Shown: piece by piece, positions 1 to 8,502 of the stretch | Layout of the letters: every line of letters begins with the position of its first letter | Position numbering within the stretch: the first letter of the stretch is position 1 | Source of the DNA: a virus | Lineage: Duplodnaviria > Caudoviricetes | IMG/VR virus record: IMGVR_UViG_3300021387_000688 | DNA length: 64,000 nucleotides | Strand: one strand, 5' to 3' | Translations under genes and position numbers: made by a program | The notes under the pieces: model-generated | The model's input: only the letters and a program-made list of their open reading frames with translations | What the model was told of the DNA's origin: nothing | The model's database searches: none

Positions 1-65
1 GCGGGTGCCTGCTAAGCATCTGGTTGTCGTAAGACGCCGCGCGAGTTCGAATCTCGCCTCCTCCG
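1..65 (+). tRNA. tRNA-Ser(GCT), 5' truncated by window edge
   Basis: GGTGC-CTGCTAA-GCATC anticodon arm, long variable arm, GCGAG-TTCGAAT-CTCGC T arm, CTCCTCC-G acceptor 3' strand. Confidence 0.9.
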
Positions 66-114
66 TGGAATATAATTTTTTAATGTTTTGAACATGACTA
101 ACTAAATAAATAAT

Positions 115-173
115 GTAGCATAGCAATGTTCCTATTTTTTCTATTTTAAGCAAAGATTTATACATTCCGCTAC
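115..173 (+). ncRNA. Bulged-stem scaffold RNA copy 1
   Basis: GTAGC-ATA-GCAATGT-TCCTATT...TAT-ACATTC-C-GCTAC; divergent member of a six-copy family. Confidence 0.6.
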
Positions 174-195
174 TTTTTATATTAGGAGTTAGAAA

Positions 196-672
196 ATGCC
201 AAGATTGTTAAAAGAAAGTGATAGAGCTTTAGCAATGAGAAGAGCTCAATCGATGATGGGTTCTAGAGCACCTATGGGTGGAAGTCCAATGGGATTTGGT
301 TTTGATGCAAACGATCCTCAATCTTTGAAAAGAGGATTGATGTTAATGCAGCAACAACTTAAAGATATGGAAGCCCATCCAAATAGATACATTCAAGCCA
401 TGAAAAATGGAGTATGTGTCGCAGGTTTTGGCGGAGACCTGTTCGGAATCGAGGTTCCAGAAACTTTGATGTATGGTGAAGTTCCTCCAGGAGTAACTCC
501 AGCTCAGGCTTTCCAGCAGGTTATTGATTACATGAGGCAAGTAATTGAAGCCGCTAGAAACAAGTTAGGTGGACCAGCTTCTAATAGAACTGCACTCAAA
601 GCACCTCCAAAAATGTTGGAGAGCATTGATAGATTGATTATTAGTACAGGATCTTGGGGATCTGTAAAGTAA
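196..672 (+). CDS. Hypothetical protein with N-terminal LKES motif (possible head-internal protein)
   Basis: AGGAG RBS, 158 aa, ACTAAATA motif upstream. Confidence 0.7.
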   Translation: MPRLLKESDRALAMRRAQSMMGSRAPMGGSPMGFGFDANDPQSLKRGLMLMQQQLKDMEAHPNRYIQAMKNGVCVAGFGGDLFGIEVPETLMYGEVPPGVTPAQAFQQVIDYMRQVIEAARNKLGGPASNRTALKAPPKMLESIDRLIISTGSWGSVK

Positions 673-681
673 AAAAATAAC

Positions 682-809
682 ACTGCATAAGTTGTTCCTA
701 TTTAAAAGTATAATTTGCAGAGTAGCTTAATCGGTTAGAGCAACCCACTAAGTGGGAAGATAAGAGTTCGAATCTCTTCTCCGCAGCCAGGTTTTATACA
801 ACTCGCAGT
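682..809 (+). ncRNA. Scaffold RNA copy 2 enclosing a tRNA-like insert
   Basis: ACTGC-ATA-AGTTGT-TCCTATTT...TAT-ACAACT-C-GCAGT flanks a cloverleaf. Confidence 0.75.
716..789 (+). tRNA. tRNA-like RNA with collapsed anticodon loop (no assignable anticodon)
   Basis: D arm GCTT/GAGC, T arm AAGAG-TTCGAAT-CTCTT, encoded CCA; anticodon arm CCCAC-TAA-GTGGG. Confidence 0.65.
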
Positions 810-859
810 TTTTTCATATAACCTTTTTGATCCCTCCTTGCTAAATAATCCCTATAATA

Positions 860-1305
860 AAATTGATAACAACTTGACGGAGTAGAGTCAAGTTTACTAA
901 AAACCTACTCAATTGAGAAAGCAAACTCTAAACTCGTTGGAAAACTTCTAGTGTAGCGTGAATACCTAGAATCGTAACTATTGCGTTGGTATCTATAAGA
1001 CGAAGGTAGAGGAAGTTCCTCTCGCCATTAAAGTGGTACGTGGAAAGCGTATAGCGAGCAAGTTTGAAGTATACGTCGGCTAAAGAGCAAAGATACCTAT
1101 CTGGGACTCTTAGAGGTAGGTACCATAAAAGCCGCATAAGGGTTAAGATTCGATCTACCTTATTCGAATCTGTTGACAGTTTTACCAAGTTGGTCCCTCG
1201 GAAGCCTTGAGAGTGCCGCGGTAGAGTAGAATGCGAGAGCCTTAACGGGACTGCATTTCAGGCGCTGAATACTATGGCAAATAGAAAAACTGCGGGGTTA
1301 AAATT
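860..1305 (+). ncRNA. Putative large structured ncRNA
   Basis: No credible ORF, raised GC, successive hairpins (AACTTGAC/GTCAAGTT, GAGGA/TCCTC, TACCTA/TAGGTA, AGATTCGA/TCGAATCT); strand inferred from context. Confidence 0.45.
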
Positions 1306-1390
1306 ATATAAGGGAATATCCCTTTTGTTTTGTTTTGCCTCTCTACAACGGGTCATGCCGGTAGGGAGGATTATTTTTTAAAGGTGGTTT

Positions 1391-1615
1391 ATGATAGATA
1401 AATCAAAATTGCCAAATTGGATAGGAGTATGGGAAAGAAAAAGCCCGACTTCTAATGCATGGATTAACAAATCTATAATTGCATTAGTCAATGACGACAA
1501 TGTACATTTTGGAATTGCTAAACCTGCAGGAGCTTCTATAAAAAAGGTTTTTTGTTTTTCTAATGAAGACGTTATAAGAGCTATAAAAAGTTTTAGCTTA
1601 AAGAAACCTGAGTAG
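1391..1615 (+). CDS. Hypothetical protein
   Basis: AAGGTGG RBS, 74 aa. Confidence 0.55.
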   Translation: MIDKSKLPNWIGVWERKSPTSNAWINKSIIALVNDDNVHFGIAKPAGASIKKVFCFSNEDVIRAIKSFSLKKPE

Positions 1616-1642
1616 AAGCTATATTAAATTATATTGAACATT

Positions 1643-1719
1643 AGTGCATAAGTTGTTCCTATTTTTAAAGAAGGATACTGGATCCAGGGCGACCTGGATG
1701 ATTATATACAACTCGCACT
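1643..1719 (+). ncRNA. Scaffold RNA copy 3 (GNRA hairpin cargo)
   Basis: AGTGC-ATA-AGTTGT-TCCTATTT...ATCCAGG-GCGA-CCTGGAT...TAT-ACAACT-C-GCACT. Confidence 0.75.
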
Positions 1720-1728
1720 TTTATATTT

Positions 1729-1801
1729 GGTCCCTTAGGCGAGTGGCTAAGCCGTCTCCCTCTCAAGGAGAAGATCACGCGTCCGAATCGCGTAGGGACT
1801 A
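1729..1801 (+). tRNA. tRNA-Glu(CTC)
   Basis: Cloverleaf; TCTCC-CTCTCAA-GGAGA; T loop TCCGAAT. Confidence 0.9.
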
Positions 1802-1815
1802 TAGGATGGTAGGTT

Positions 1816-2226
1816 ATGGACAGAGAACATCGTTTAAAGAAATCACCTATTTACATTTTTTACGCAGATACAGAATCTGGCTACCTACCTATTACTCAAA
1901 AGGGTTTTGATGAAAACAAAACTCTCGGTATATGTTTCAATCCAGAGTACTTTTATGATAAGTACAATCACCGAATCCACACAAAGATTATGTTTTACGG
2001 TGTAAGGAAGAATGTAAGCAATTTTGGACAATATGTACAGATTCATTTGGACCACATTAAAGGGGATATCCAAAAGTATTTTGCAAAACATGGAATAGAA
2101 GGAACTATTCATTATTGCAGAGCAAACTCCAAAAGTTGCCCATTCGGAGTAAGTGCAGTCGATATTGAACGTTACAGAAATAAATCGGCGGACAGATTGA
2201 TGCACTTAAATATTTACGTAAAGTAA
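1816..2226 (+). CDS. Hypothetical protein
   Basis: 136 aa ORF with RBS-like AGG. Confidence 0.6.
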   Translation: MDREHRLKKSPIYIFYADTESGYLPITQKGFDENKTLGICFNPEYFYDKYNHRIHTKIMFYGVRKNVSNFGQYVQIHLDHIKGDIQKYFAKHGIEGTIHYCRANSKSCPFGVSAVDIERYRNKSADRLMHLNIYVK

Positions 2227-2228
2227 TA

Positions 2229-2478
2229 TACCTACAGGAGTCAGTACTTTCACCTAGAATTATACTGAAGGGTCCTTCAACTGATTTATAGTTGGGTAGT
2301 TAGGTGTATATCAAGGAATCTGTGTAGGATTGGGTCGCCCACGGAATTCGGCGCCAAACCCCTAAGAGATTTGTTTATGGTAAGTAGTCGACGTTTTAGT
2401 GGTTCCGCACAAACTAGACGCCCATAATGGAACGGTGCATCTAAACTACATTGCCGGTTCGATACCGGTAGTAGGTAA
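2229..2478 (+). ncRNA. About 250-nt structured RNA with tRNA-like acceptor stem and T arm
   Basis: TACCTAC/GTAGGTA closing stem, GCCGG-TTCGATA-CCGGT T arm, long internal helix and possible pseudoknot. Confidence 0.55.
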
Positions 2479-2492
2479 TTACATATATTTCA

Positions 2493-2522
2493 ACCCCTCT
2501 CGTGAAAGAGGGGTTTCTTTTT
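2493..2522. terminator. Intrinsic terminator between convergent units
   Basis: AACCCCTCT/AGAGGGGTT hairpin followed by T tract. Confidence 0.7.
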
Positions 2523-3537
2523 ACTCTTGAATGTAAGTTGTGTTTCTTCCTGCGTGTTTAGCAGCGTATAGATATGAGTCTAATGTTTTTATATTATCTT
2601 CTAATGAAACTCCATCCTTCCAAAAACAACCTCCTACGGAAATAGTGAATGGAGCTTTTATACTATCTTCTACTCTTGAAAGAGTTAGTATTTTAACTCT
2701 TATATCTTCTGCAATTACTTTTAATTTGTTAAAGTTGGACATTCCTTTTAATACAATAATGAATTCTTCCCCACCGTATCGTATAATTAAATCACCATAC
2801 CTTATACAACTCTTTACAGTTTTAACTAAGAATCTTAAACTTTCATCCCCATTTAAGTGACCATGTTCGTCATTAATTTTTTTGAAGAAATCAATATCAA
2901 TCATTAAAAGACCAGAATCTTTTAAGTTATCTTTACTTAATGCACATCTGTTTTTACAACCGGTTAAAGGATCTATACAAGCTTGATTTTCCAATTTGTT
3001 GTTTATAGTTATCAACGCCTGGGTTGCAAAAGTAACTGAGAATAAAGTAAATACATAAGAAGAAGAGACACCGCCTAATATGAACATTAAGTTTCTTTCC
3101 ATATAATCACTTGGCATGTTAATATGGAAATGCACTTTAATTATTAGAATAACCATTGCAAAGAATAAAGGAAAGATTCCCATCACTGAAAGTATTACGT
3201 TCTTATATCCTACTAATCCAAAAGCCGAACCTAAGATAATCCAATATGTTATGAAAACTGCATCTCTACTTGTAAATAACATTGCTGGAAAAGATATAAA
3301 TGCAGTTACTAAAACTACTAAACAACTATATGCATAATACTTTTTAAGTTTAATCATAATTGCACCTGAAAGTACTATGAAAGTCCAACTAGTTACGTTA
3401 GCAATAAAGTTAACTAATGTAAGTAAGTCTAAATTAAACCCTCTCTGCATAATAATCGGAATCGCGAATCCGTTGGATACTGCACCACAAATTAAGAGAG
3501 TAATAGCTATTAGTTTATCAATATTTTTGTTTCCCAT
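2521..3537 (-). CDS. Membrane-bound diguanylate cyclase (GGDEF domain)
   Basis: Multiple N-terminal TM segments; DPLTG..NR, DIDFFKKINDEHGHLNGD, RYGGEEF, RxxD I-site. Confidence 0.92.
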   Translation of the reverse strand: MGNKNIDKLIAITLLICGAVSNGFAIPIIMQRGFNLDLLTLVNFIANVTSWTFIVLSGAIMIKLKKYYAYSCLVVLVTAFISFPAMLFTSRDAVFITYWIILGSAFGLVGYKNVILSVMGIFPLFFAMVILIIKVHFHINMPSDYMERNLMFILGGVSSSYVFTLFSVTFATQALITINNKLENQACIDPLTGCKNRCALSKDNLKDSGLLMIDIDFFKKINDEHGHLNGDESLRFLVKTVKSCIRYGDLIIRYGGEEFIIVLKGMSNFNKLKVIAEDIRVKILTLSRVEDSIKAPFTISVGGCFWKDGVSLEDNIKTLDSYLYAAKHAGRNTTYIQE

Positions 3538-3605
3538 TTTAGTAATTTTTATTCCTCTGATTCTCTATATTGTAATATACAATATAATAAGTGGAGGTAT
3601 TATCG

Positions 3606-4271
3606 ATGGCACACAACTTTCAAAAAATCTATGCACCGTTTGGTCGTAAGAATCCAAACGATCGTCTTGTAGACACATCAATTTATTCTCGGGGCTGGGT
3701 TCAGATGTTTTACGAAAACAATGTAAAGATGAAGGCATCTGAAAAGATTGACGGAACTTCTGTAGGTATTGTTTGGGATGGAGAAAGAATCTCCTTCATT
3801 GGACATACAGAAAAGTCTCAGTTTGCTCCTCGTTATCTTGAATATCTTAACAGCCGTTTTGGTACTCCTGAATTCGAATCTGTAGTAGAAGAGATTGCAG
3901 GTGACAAAAAGGTTACAATCTACGGTGAAGGTATCTCAAAGGATTACAATGTTCACTACGGTTTCCCAGATGGTGAATTTATCCTTTACGATATCCAGAA
4001 AGAAGATGGTACATTCTGGTGCCGCGAAGCTGTTGCAAGTGTAGCTACAAAACTTGGCATGATTATGCCTTGGGAAACAGATATGACTATTCAGGAAGCA
4101 ATCGACTTCGTAAAGACTCGTCCAGCATCTAAGCTTAATCCTGAAAACAAAATGGAAGGTTTGGTACTTCGTTCACCAATTGAACTTTACAGCGCTAATC
4201 ATTTTGAGCGCATTATTTGTAAAGTTAAGGTAAAGGATTTCGTAGACCTTAAGGATTACAGGACTGAGTAA
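3606..4271 (+). CDS. RNA ligase (Rnl2-like nucleotidyltransferase)
   Basis: Motif I EKIDGT, YGE, EGLVLR, C-terminal CKVK. Confidence 0.8.
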   Translation: MAHNFQKIYAPFGRKNPNDRLVDTSIYSRGWVQMFYENNVKMKASEKIDGTSVGIVWDGERISFIGHTEKSQFAPRYLEYLNSRFGTPEFESVVEEIAGDKKVTIYGEGISKDYNVHYGFPDGEFILYDIQKEDGTFWCREAVASVATKLGMIMPWETDMTIQEAIDFVKTRPASKLNPENKMEGLVLRSPIELYSANHFERIICKVKVKDFVDLKDYRTE

Positions 4272-4369
4272 TGAACATTACTGAAATCTTAATCTATACA
4301 GGGCTTAACATTAAGCCCTTAGTAAATATTTTTGATAAGAAAATCTTAAATTGGTAGGAGAAAAAAAAT

Positions 4370-4648
4370 ATGAAAACTTTTGTTAAAGAATTTAATTATC
4401 CAGATTCAAAGACAGGAGAAGCAAAGGCTCGCCGCCTTTTGGTATTGAATGAAGATGCAACTCGCTTTGGTGGAATCGACCTTTCTACTGTAACTCCAGA
4501 AGAAGAAGCAACTCTTGTAAAGAATTTTGCAGAAAGAGATATTACAGATTTTTCTCGCAAGCCAAAAACAGAAGGACTTGAAGAAAAACCTACCCCAAAA
4601 ATTGGAATGTATAAAGCGTTCTCTAAATCTAAGATCTTGGAGTCATAA
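4370..4648 (+). CDS. Hypothetical protein
   Basis: AGGAG RBS, 92 aa. Confidence 0.7.
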   Translation: MKTFVKEFNYPDSKTGEAKARRLLVLNEDATRFGGIDLSTVTPEEEATLVKNFAERDITDFSRKPKTEGLEEKPTPKIGMYKAFSKSKILES

Positions 4649-4649
4649 G

Positions 4650-5015
4650 ATGGATGAAGAAATTTCTAATGCAAAAATCGTTGGCACCAAATTAGGATTC
4701 GATGACCATGGCTTCTTCACATTTAGTATTGCAGTAGAAGGAGATGGCTTTGGATGTAACCTAGGAGGATATGCATTATCCTGTTATGATAAAGCCACAC
4801 TTAAACGTAAAGGTTCTGAATACGGATTGAATGTTATTATGCGCATACTTGAAGTCGTTGGAGTAGAACATTGGGAAGATCTTAAAGGCAAATATGTAAG
4901 AGTAACCCATAGTGGTCCAGGTTCAACTATGCATACCATTGGTAATATCATTAAAGATGAATGGATTGATTTCAGAACCTATAGAGAAGGATTAGAAGAT
5001 GGCGACGAGGGTTGA
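4650..5015 (+). CDS. Conserved phage hypothetical protein
   Basis: GGAG RBS; tightly packed operon. Confidence 0.7.
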   Translation: MDEEISNAKIVGTKLGFDDHGFFTFSIAVEGDGFGCNLGGYALSCYDKATLKRKGSEYGLNVIMRILEVVGVEHWEDLKGKYVRVTHSGPGSTMHTIGNIIKDEWIDFRTYREGLEDGDEG

Positions 5016-5298
5016 AAAGGATCAATATACAAGATGGTGGGTTGAAGGAGATGAACTACATGCTAGTTTTGCAGATTATGTAGTTTTCATAAAACCAGAT
5101 ACTCGTATGAAGTTTCCTCACGATGCCGGAATCGTATATTTTATCACTTTTAGTAAAGGATCTGGTTATCCATGGATAAAGCCTATTAAAAAAGATACTT
5201 TGGAAGAAGCCATTCAATTCGTACACGAATATGAAGATCAGAAAAAATATGATCAATTAATGGACGCTTTAATTAAAGATGGTTATTTAGAAAAGTAA
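4999..5298 (+). CDS. Hypothetical protein
   Basis: Overlapping start/stop, 99 aa. Confidence 0.65.
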   Translation: MATRVEKDQYTRWWVEGDELHASFADYVVFIKPDTRMKFPHDAGIVYFITFSKGSGYPWIKPIKKDTLEEAIQFVHEYEDQKKYDQLMDALIKDGYLEK

Positions 5299-5358
5299 TC
5301 ATTCTCTATATTACTTAAACCTATTACTGATAGCTAGTACTATCATAAGGAGTTGAAT

Positions 5359-6081
5359 ATGTCTAGACATACAGGTAAATGCGATTTTGAAGATTGGTGC
5401 GAAATGCATAATTCTCCTTCAGAAATCGTAGAAAAAGCAACAATCTACCTTGGGGACGCCAAAGTAGATATTAAAAATGAAAAGGATTTAATTCCTTATT
5501 ACACTCACCTTATTGCTTCAATGTGTTGCATTAAAGATGAAGGCCAAACTATAAACCTTTCAAGTCATTCTTTTATTGACGGTGAAGAAGAAGAATTTAT
5601 GACTTGGAGAATCAGAGATGTCATTGCAGCCGCCAGAAAAGCAAAGAAAGAAAAGAAACCCTTCACTTTTGAATATTTCAAAAATTGGAAATACTATGAT
5701 CCTTTTGGATCTACCCCTCAGTTTGTTTGGGAAGAGTTGATTAAAATAGTTAACGATAATCCTGATATTATTAAGATGCATCTCCCTTCTGATTACAGAG
5801 ATTGTGAGTATTTTATGCACAGGTGGGTTATTCCTAAATACTTTTACAAAGTTCACGATCCAATGCACAATAGATACCGCGAAGAGTTTATCAAGTTTGC
5901 AAAAGAAAATGGCTATTCTGTACTCGAACCTAGAGACAAAGGTATCCAGAATGCCGAAAGAACTGAAGGAATTGCACATCCAGTAATTACTCATATGTGC
6001 ATTGCTGTAATTGATTTTTATGAAATGCAGAATCGTTTTGATTACAAATCAAGTGAAGAAGCTTACAATATAGGTGGGTAA
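5359..6081 (+). CDS. Hypothetical protein
   Basis: AAGGAG RBS, about 240 aa. Confidence 0.75.
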   Translation: MSRHTGKCDFEDWCEMHNSPSEIVEKATIYLGDAKVDIKNEKDLIPYYTHLIASMCCIKDEGQTINLSSHSFIDGEEEEFMTWRIRDVIAAARKAKKEKKPFTFEYFKNWKYYDPFGSTPQFVWEELIKIVNDNPDIIKMHLPSDYRDCEYFMHRWVIPKYFYKVHDPMHNRYREEFIKFAKENGYSVLEPRDKGIQNAERTEGIAHPVITHMCIAVIDFYEMQNRFDYKSSEEAYNIGG

Positions 6082-6082
6082 A

Positions 6083-6298
6083 ATGGAAGTAACAGAAGAG
6101 CAGTTGAACCAGCTTTATAAAAATGTAAGTATTGCAATGAAAAACTTTCCTCAATTAAGATATGGCCAGGCTATGTTCAATGAAGCGCATTCTTTGTGGC
6201 CAGAGGAAGTAAATAAGATTAGGGGAACTAATGATGACTGTTTTTACAACGATGATTTAGTTTCTAAGTTTTTATCTCATTTTGAATTAAAGAGGTAG
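6083..6298 (+). CDS. Hypothetical protein (LRYGQ motif)
   Basis: Operon packing. Confidence 0.65.
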   Translation: MEVTEEQLNQLYKNVSIAMKNFPQLRYGQAMFNEAHSLWPEEVNKIRGTNDDCFYNDDLVSKFLSHFELKR

Positions 6299-6301
6299 TG
6301 T

Positions 6302-6595
6302 ATGCCAAAACATAATGATCTTGAAGAAGTACAGAATCTAGAAATTAATGGATTCGAATTTACAAAAGATGTGCAGACCGATGTAAACACTCAAACTTAT
6401 GCAAGAGGTGGAGATGCTTATGCAGATGATTGGATTGAAATTATTCCAGATATGTCAGGTACTCCTCACCGTTATGTTGTAAGGTTTATTAAAGACTGTT
6501 CCGATATTGGGGTATATGTTTACGATTGGGCTCCAGATAAAAGTATTAAAGAATGGCTCAATGAAAAAATTGGAATGTATTACAAGGAGGATTAA
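6302..6595 (+). CDS. Hypothetical protein
   Basis: GAGGT RBS. Confidence 0.65.
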   Translation: MPKHNDLEEVQNLEINGFEFTKDVQTDVNTQTYARGGDAYADDWIEIIPDMSGTPHRYVVRFIKDCSDIGVYVYDWAPDKSIKEWLNEKIGMYYKED

Positions 6596-7189
6596 ATGTT
6601 TTATCCTAATGGCAGTTATAGACTTGATCAGTTGATTAGAGATTTCGAAAGCGGGGACTTCGATATCTATCTTGAAAAGAATATAGAGACTCCAAAAGAT
6701 TGGGACCCATCTAAGGGATTTCCTAGAGGACCAAGAACCCTTATCAAAACAATGGATGAATTAAAAGACGCCGTTATAAAAGATATGGGAAAAGAATATA
6801 CAATTTGTATCGATACTCGCCCTTCTTATTTTGAAAAACATCCATATGAAGGAGAAGAGAAATCTTATATTAAAGAAATCTTCAAATGGGAATATTCTTC
6901 ACCTTGGGGAGAAAAGAGATGTTATGCAATTAGAGATAGTTCTTATCTTCCAGGATATGAACCTAAACATAAATCTCTTAGTCTTGATTGTTACGAAGAT
7001 GGATTCCAGGGAACTTGTTTCTCAATTGGTACTTGGGAAAGAGATAGTGAAGGTTATGAATTTAGGTCTGTAGGTAACAGACTTTTCAAATATGTAGATC
7101 TTAGGGACATTGTCATTCTTTGGAAGGCAATTCATGCAGCTAATAATTACTTGGAAGAAAGATTCAAGGAAGAAAAGGACGAAGACTAA
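6596..7189 (+). CDS. Hypothetical protein
   Basis: GGAGG RBS, 197 aa. Confidence 0.7.
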   Translation: MFYPNGSYRLDQLIRDFESGDFDIYLEKNIETPKDWDPSKGFPRGPRTLIKTMDELKDAVIKDMGKEYTICIDTRPSYFEKHPYEGEEKSYIKEIFKWEYSSPWGEKRCYAIRDSSYLPGYEPKHKSLSLDCYEDGFQGTCFSIGTWERDSEGYEFRSVGNRLFKYVDLRDIVILWKAIHAANNYLEERFKEEKDED

Positions 7190-7617
7190 TGAAAGTTTAC
7201 CTTAGTGGACCTATCTCGACTGATAAGGAACATTACAAAGAACATTTTGCAGCCGCAGAAAAGTATTTAACTGAAAAAGGTTATGAAGTAACAAACCCTG
7301 CCAAAGATGAATACGATGATGAAATCTATGAAAAAGGTCATACAGATAAATGGACTTTAGATGCCTGGCTCGATTATATGAAAAGAGATATCGAACTTAC
7401 TTCTAAACATGACGCCATTTGCCTTTTAGTAGGTTGGCGTGATAGTCCAGGTGCTATTATCGAACTCATGACTGCAAAGAAGTTTGGGCTTGAATTGATA
7501 GAAGAGTCCAAGTTTACTCCTTCTATAAAAAGAGAATACGAATACTATTCTAGAGGTAAGGAATGGGAAGTAATTGATATGCCTATAAAATCAAAAGGAA
7601 GAAAAAAGGAGATTTAA
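7189..7617 (+). CDS. DUF4406 / nucleoside 2-deoxyribosyltransferase-like protein
   Basis: KVYLSGPIS, NPA, DAICLL.GW..SPGA..E motifs. Confidence 0.75.
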   Translation: MKVYLSGPISTDKEHYKEHFAAAEKYLTEKGYEVTNPAKDEYDDEIYEKGHTDKWTLDAWLDYMKRDIELTSKHDAICLLVGWRDSPGAIIELMTAKKFGLELIEESKFTPSIKREYEYYSRGKEWEVIDMPIKSKGRKKEI

Positions 7618-7618
7618 G

Positions 7619-7897
7619 ATGCAGGATGCAACAAAAGAACCTAAAATGTTTAAGAAGAAACCGGTATCGATTCGGGCAATGAAATGGACCGGAAAGAACA
7701 TTGATGAGATTACAGTTTTTTCAAAAGGCGATGCTTTTTTGGACGGAGATGAACTTGTAATTAAAACATTGGAAGATGGTAAAACAGGAAAAGCAAAGCA
7801 TGTGGCTTCGGTAGGGGATTATATTATTGAAGGTGTACATGGAGAGTTTTATTTCTGTAAACCAGACATCTTTGAAGAAACTTACGAAGATGCATAA
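7619..7897 (+). CDS. Conserved phage protein (KKPV..GDYII.G..GEFY.CKPDIF family)
   Basis: Recognisable family motif. Confidence 0.7.
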   Translation: MQDATKEPKMFKKKPVSIRAMKWTGKNIDEITVFSKGDAFLDGDELVIKTLEDGKTGKAKHVASVGDYIIEGVHGEFYFCKPDIFEETYEDA

Positions 7898-7900
7898 AAA

Positions 7901-7946
7901 GAAAACATTTTAGAAAACTTAACCGTTTGCACTAACTATATTAAGA
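7901..7946 (+). promoter_or_regulatory. Conserved promoter box of tRNA array 1
   Basis: 42/46 nt identical to 10146-10191. Confidence 0.75.
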
Positions 7947-7968
7947 TATGTTAAAAGGAGACAGAAAT

Positions 7969-8088
7969 ATGATGTTTATATCAAACGAAACATTTGAAAC
8001 ACTGATTGTAACACAGAATCATATGTCTGGCCTTTTTTCAGGCTCGAAAGGGTTCCGTTCCCTTACACAGGGAGGAAAATCCGATTAG
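7969..8088 (+). CDS. Leader peptide 1 (39 aa; Gly/Ser/Leu/Gln/Arg-codon rich)
   Basis: AAGGAG RBS; MMFISNETFETLIVTQNHMSGLFSGSKGFRSLTQGGKSD; stop abuts antiterminator. Confidence 0.8.
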   Translation: MMFISNETFETLIVTQNHMSGLFSGSKGFRSLTQGGKSD

Positions 8089-8140
8089 GGGTTTCTTACA
8101 GTTAAGGAATTGTAAGGAACTCGAAAGAGTTCCTTTTTTT
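8089..8140 (+). terminator. Attenuator 1: antiterminator 8089-8122 versus terminator 8114-8140
   Basis: GGGTTTCTTACAGTT/AATTGTAAGGAACTC overlaps AAGGAACTC-GAAA-GAGTTCCTT-T tract. Confidence 0.85.
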
Positions 8141-8156
8141 ATTCCTTTTTAATTTT

Positions 8157-8230
8157 GCGGGTGTAACTCAGATGGCTAGAGTGTCGTCCTTCCAAGTCGA
8201 ATGTCAAGGGTTCGAATCCCTCCACCCGCT
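8157..8230 (+). tRNA. tRNA-Gly(TCC)
   Basis: Cloverleaf, loop CTTCCAA. Confidence 0.92.
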
Positions 8231-8236
8231 CTTTAT

Positions 8237-8308
8237 CGCGTAGTCATTCAGTGGCTAGGATCTCTGTCTTCCAAACAGGTGACGAGGGTTCGATTCCCTC
8301 CTGCGCGA
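8237..8308 (+). tRNA. tRNA-Gly(TCC)
   Basis: Cloverleaf, TCTGT-CTTCCAA-ACAGG. Confidence 0.88.
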
Positions 8309-8316
8309 CTATATAT

Positions 8317-8390
8317 GTCTCATTAGTGTTAGCGGCTTAGCACCCTAGTCCTCCAAACTGGGAGCATCGGTTCGAATCCGATATGGGGCT
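8317..8390 (+). tRNA. tRNA-Gly(TCC), C33
   Basis: Cloverleaf, loop CCTCCAA. Confidence 0.85.
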
Positions 8391-8393
8391 TGG

Positions 8394-8476
8394 TACATAA
8401 AGGTTTCGTTTAGAAGATTGCTGCACCTTTAAGCAGGCTGAAACGAATAGAAACTGAATCGAAAGATTCTAATGTA
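8394..8476 (+). ncRNA. Pseudoknotted spacer RNA
   Basis: TACAT/ATGTA, TTCGTTT/AAACGAA, loop ACCTTTA complementary to TAAAGGT, GAATC-GAAA-GATTC. Confidence 0.45.
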
Positions 8477-8502
8477 GGAGTAAGCATAAGAATCTTATGA
8501 AT

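Noticed and set aside
1009-1300. RNase P RNA (GAGGAAGTTCC resembles CR-I)
   Set aside because: No 3' CR-V segment able to form P4 with it; the motif folds locally as GAGGA/TCCTC.
2436-2450. Amber suppressor anticodon (ATCTAAA) in the 250-nt RNA
   Set aside because: No flanking anticodon stem; the segment pairs in a long-range helix instead.
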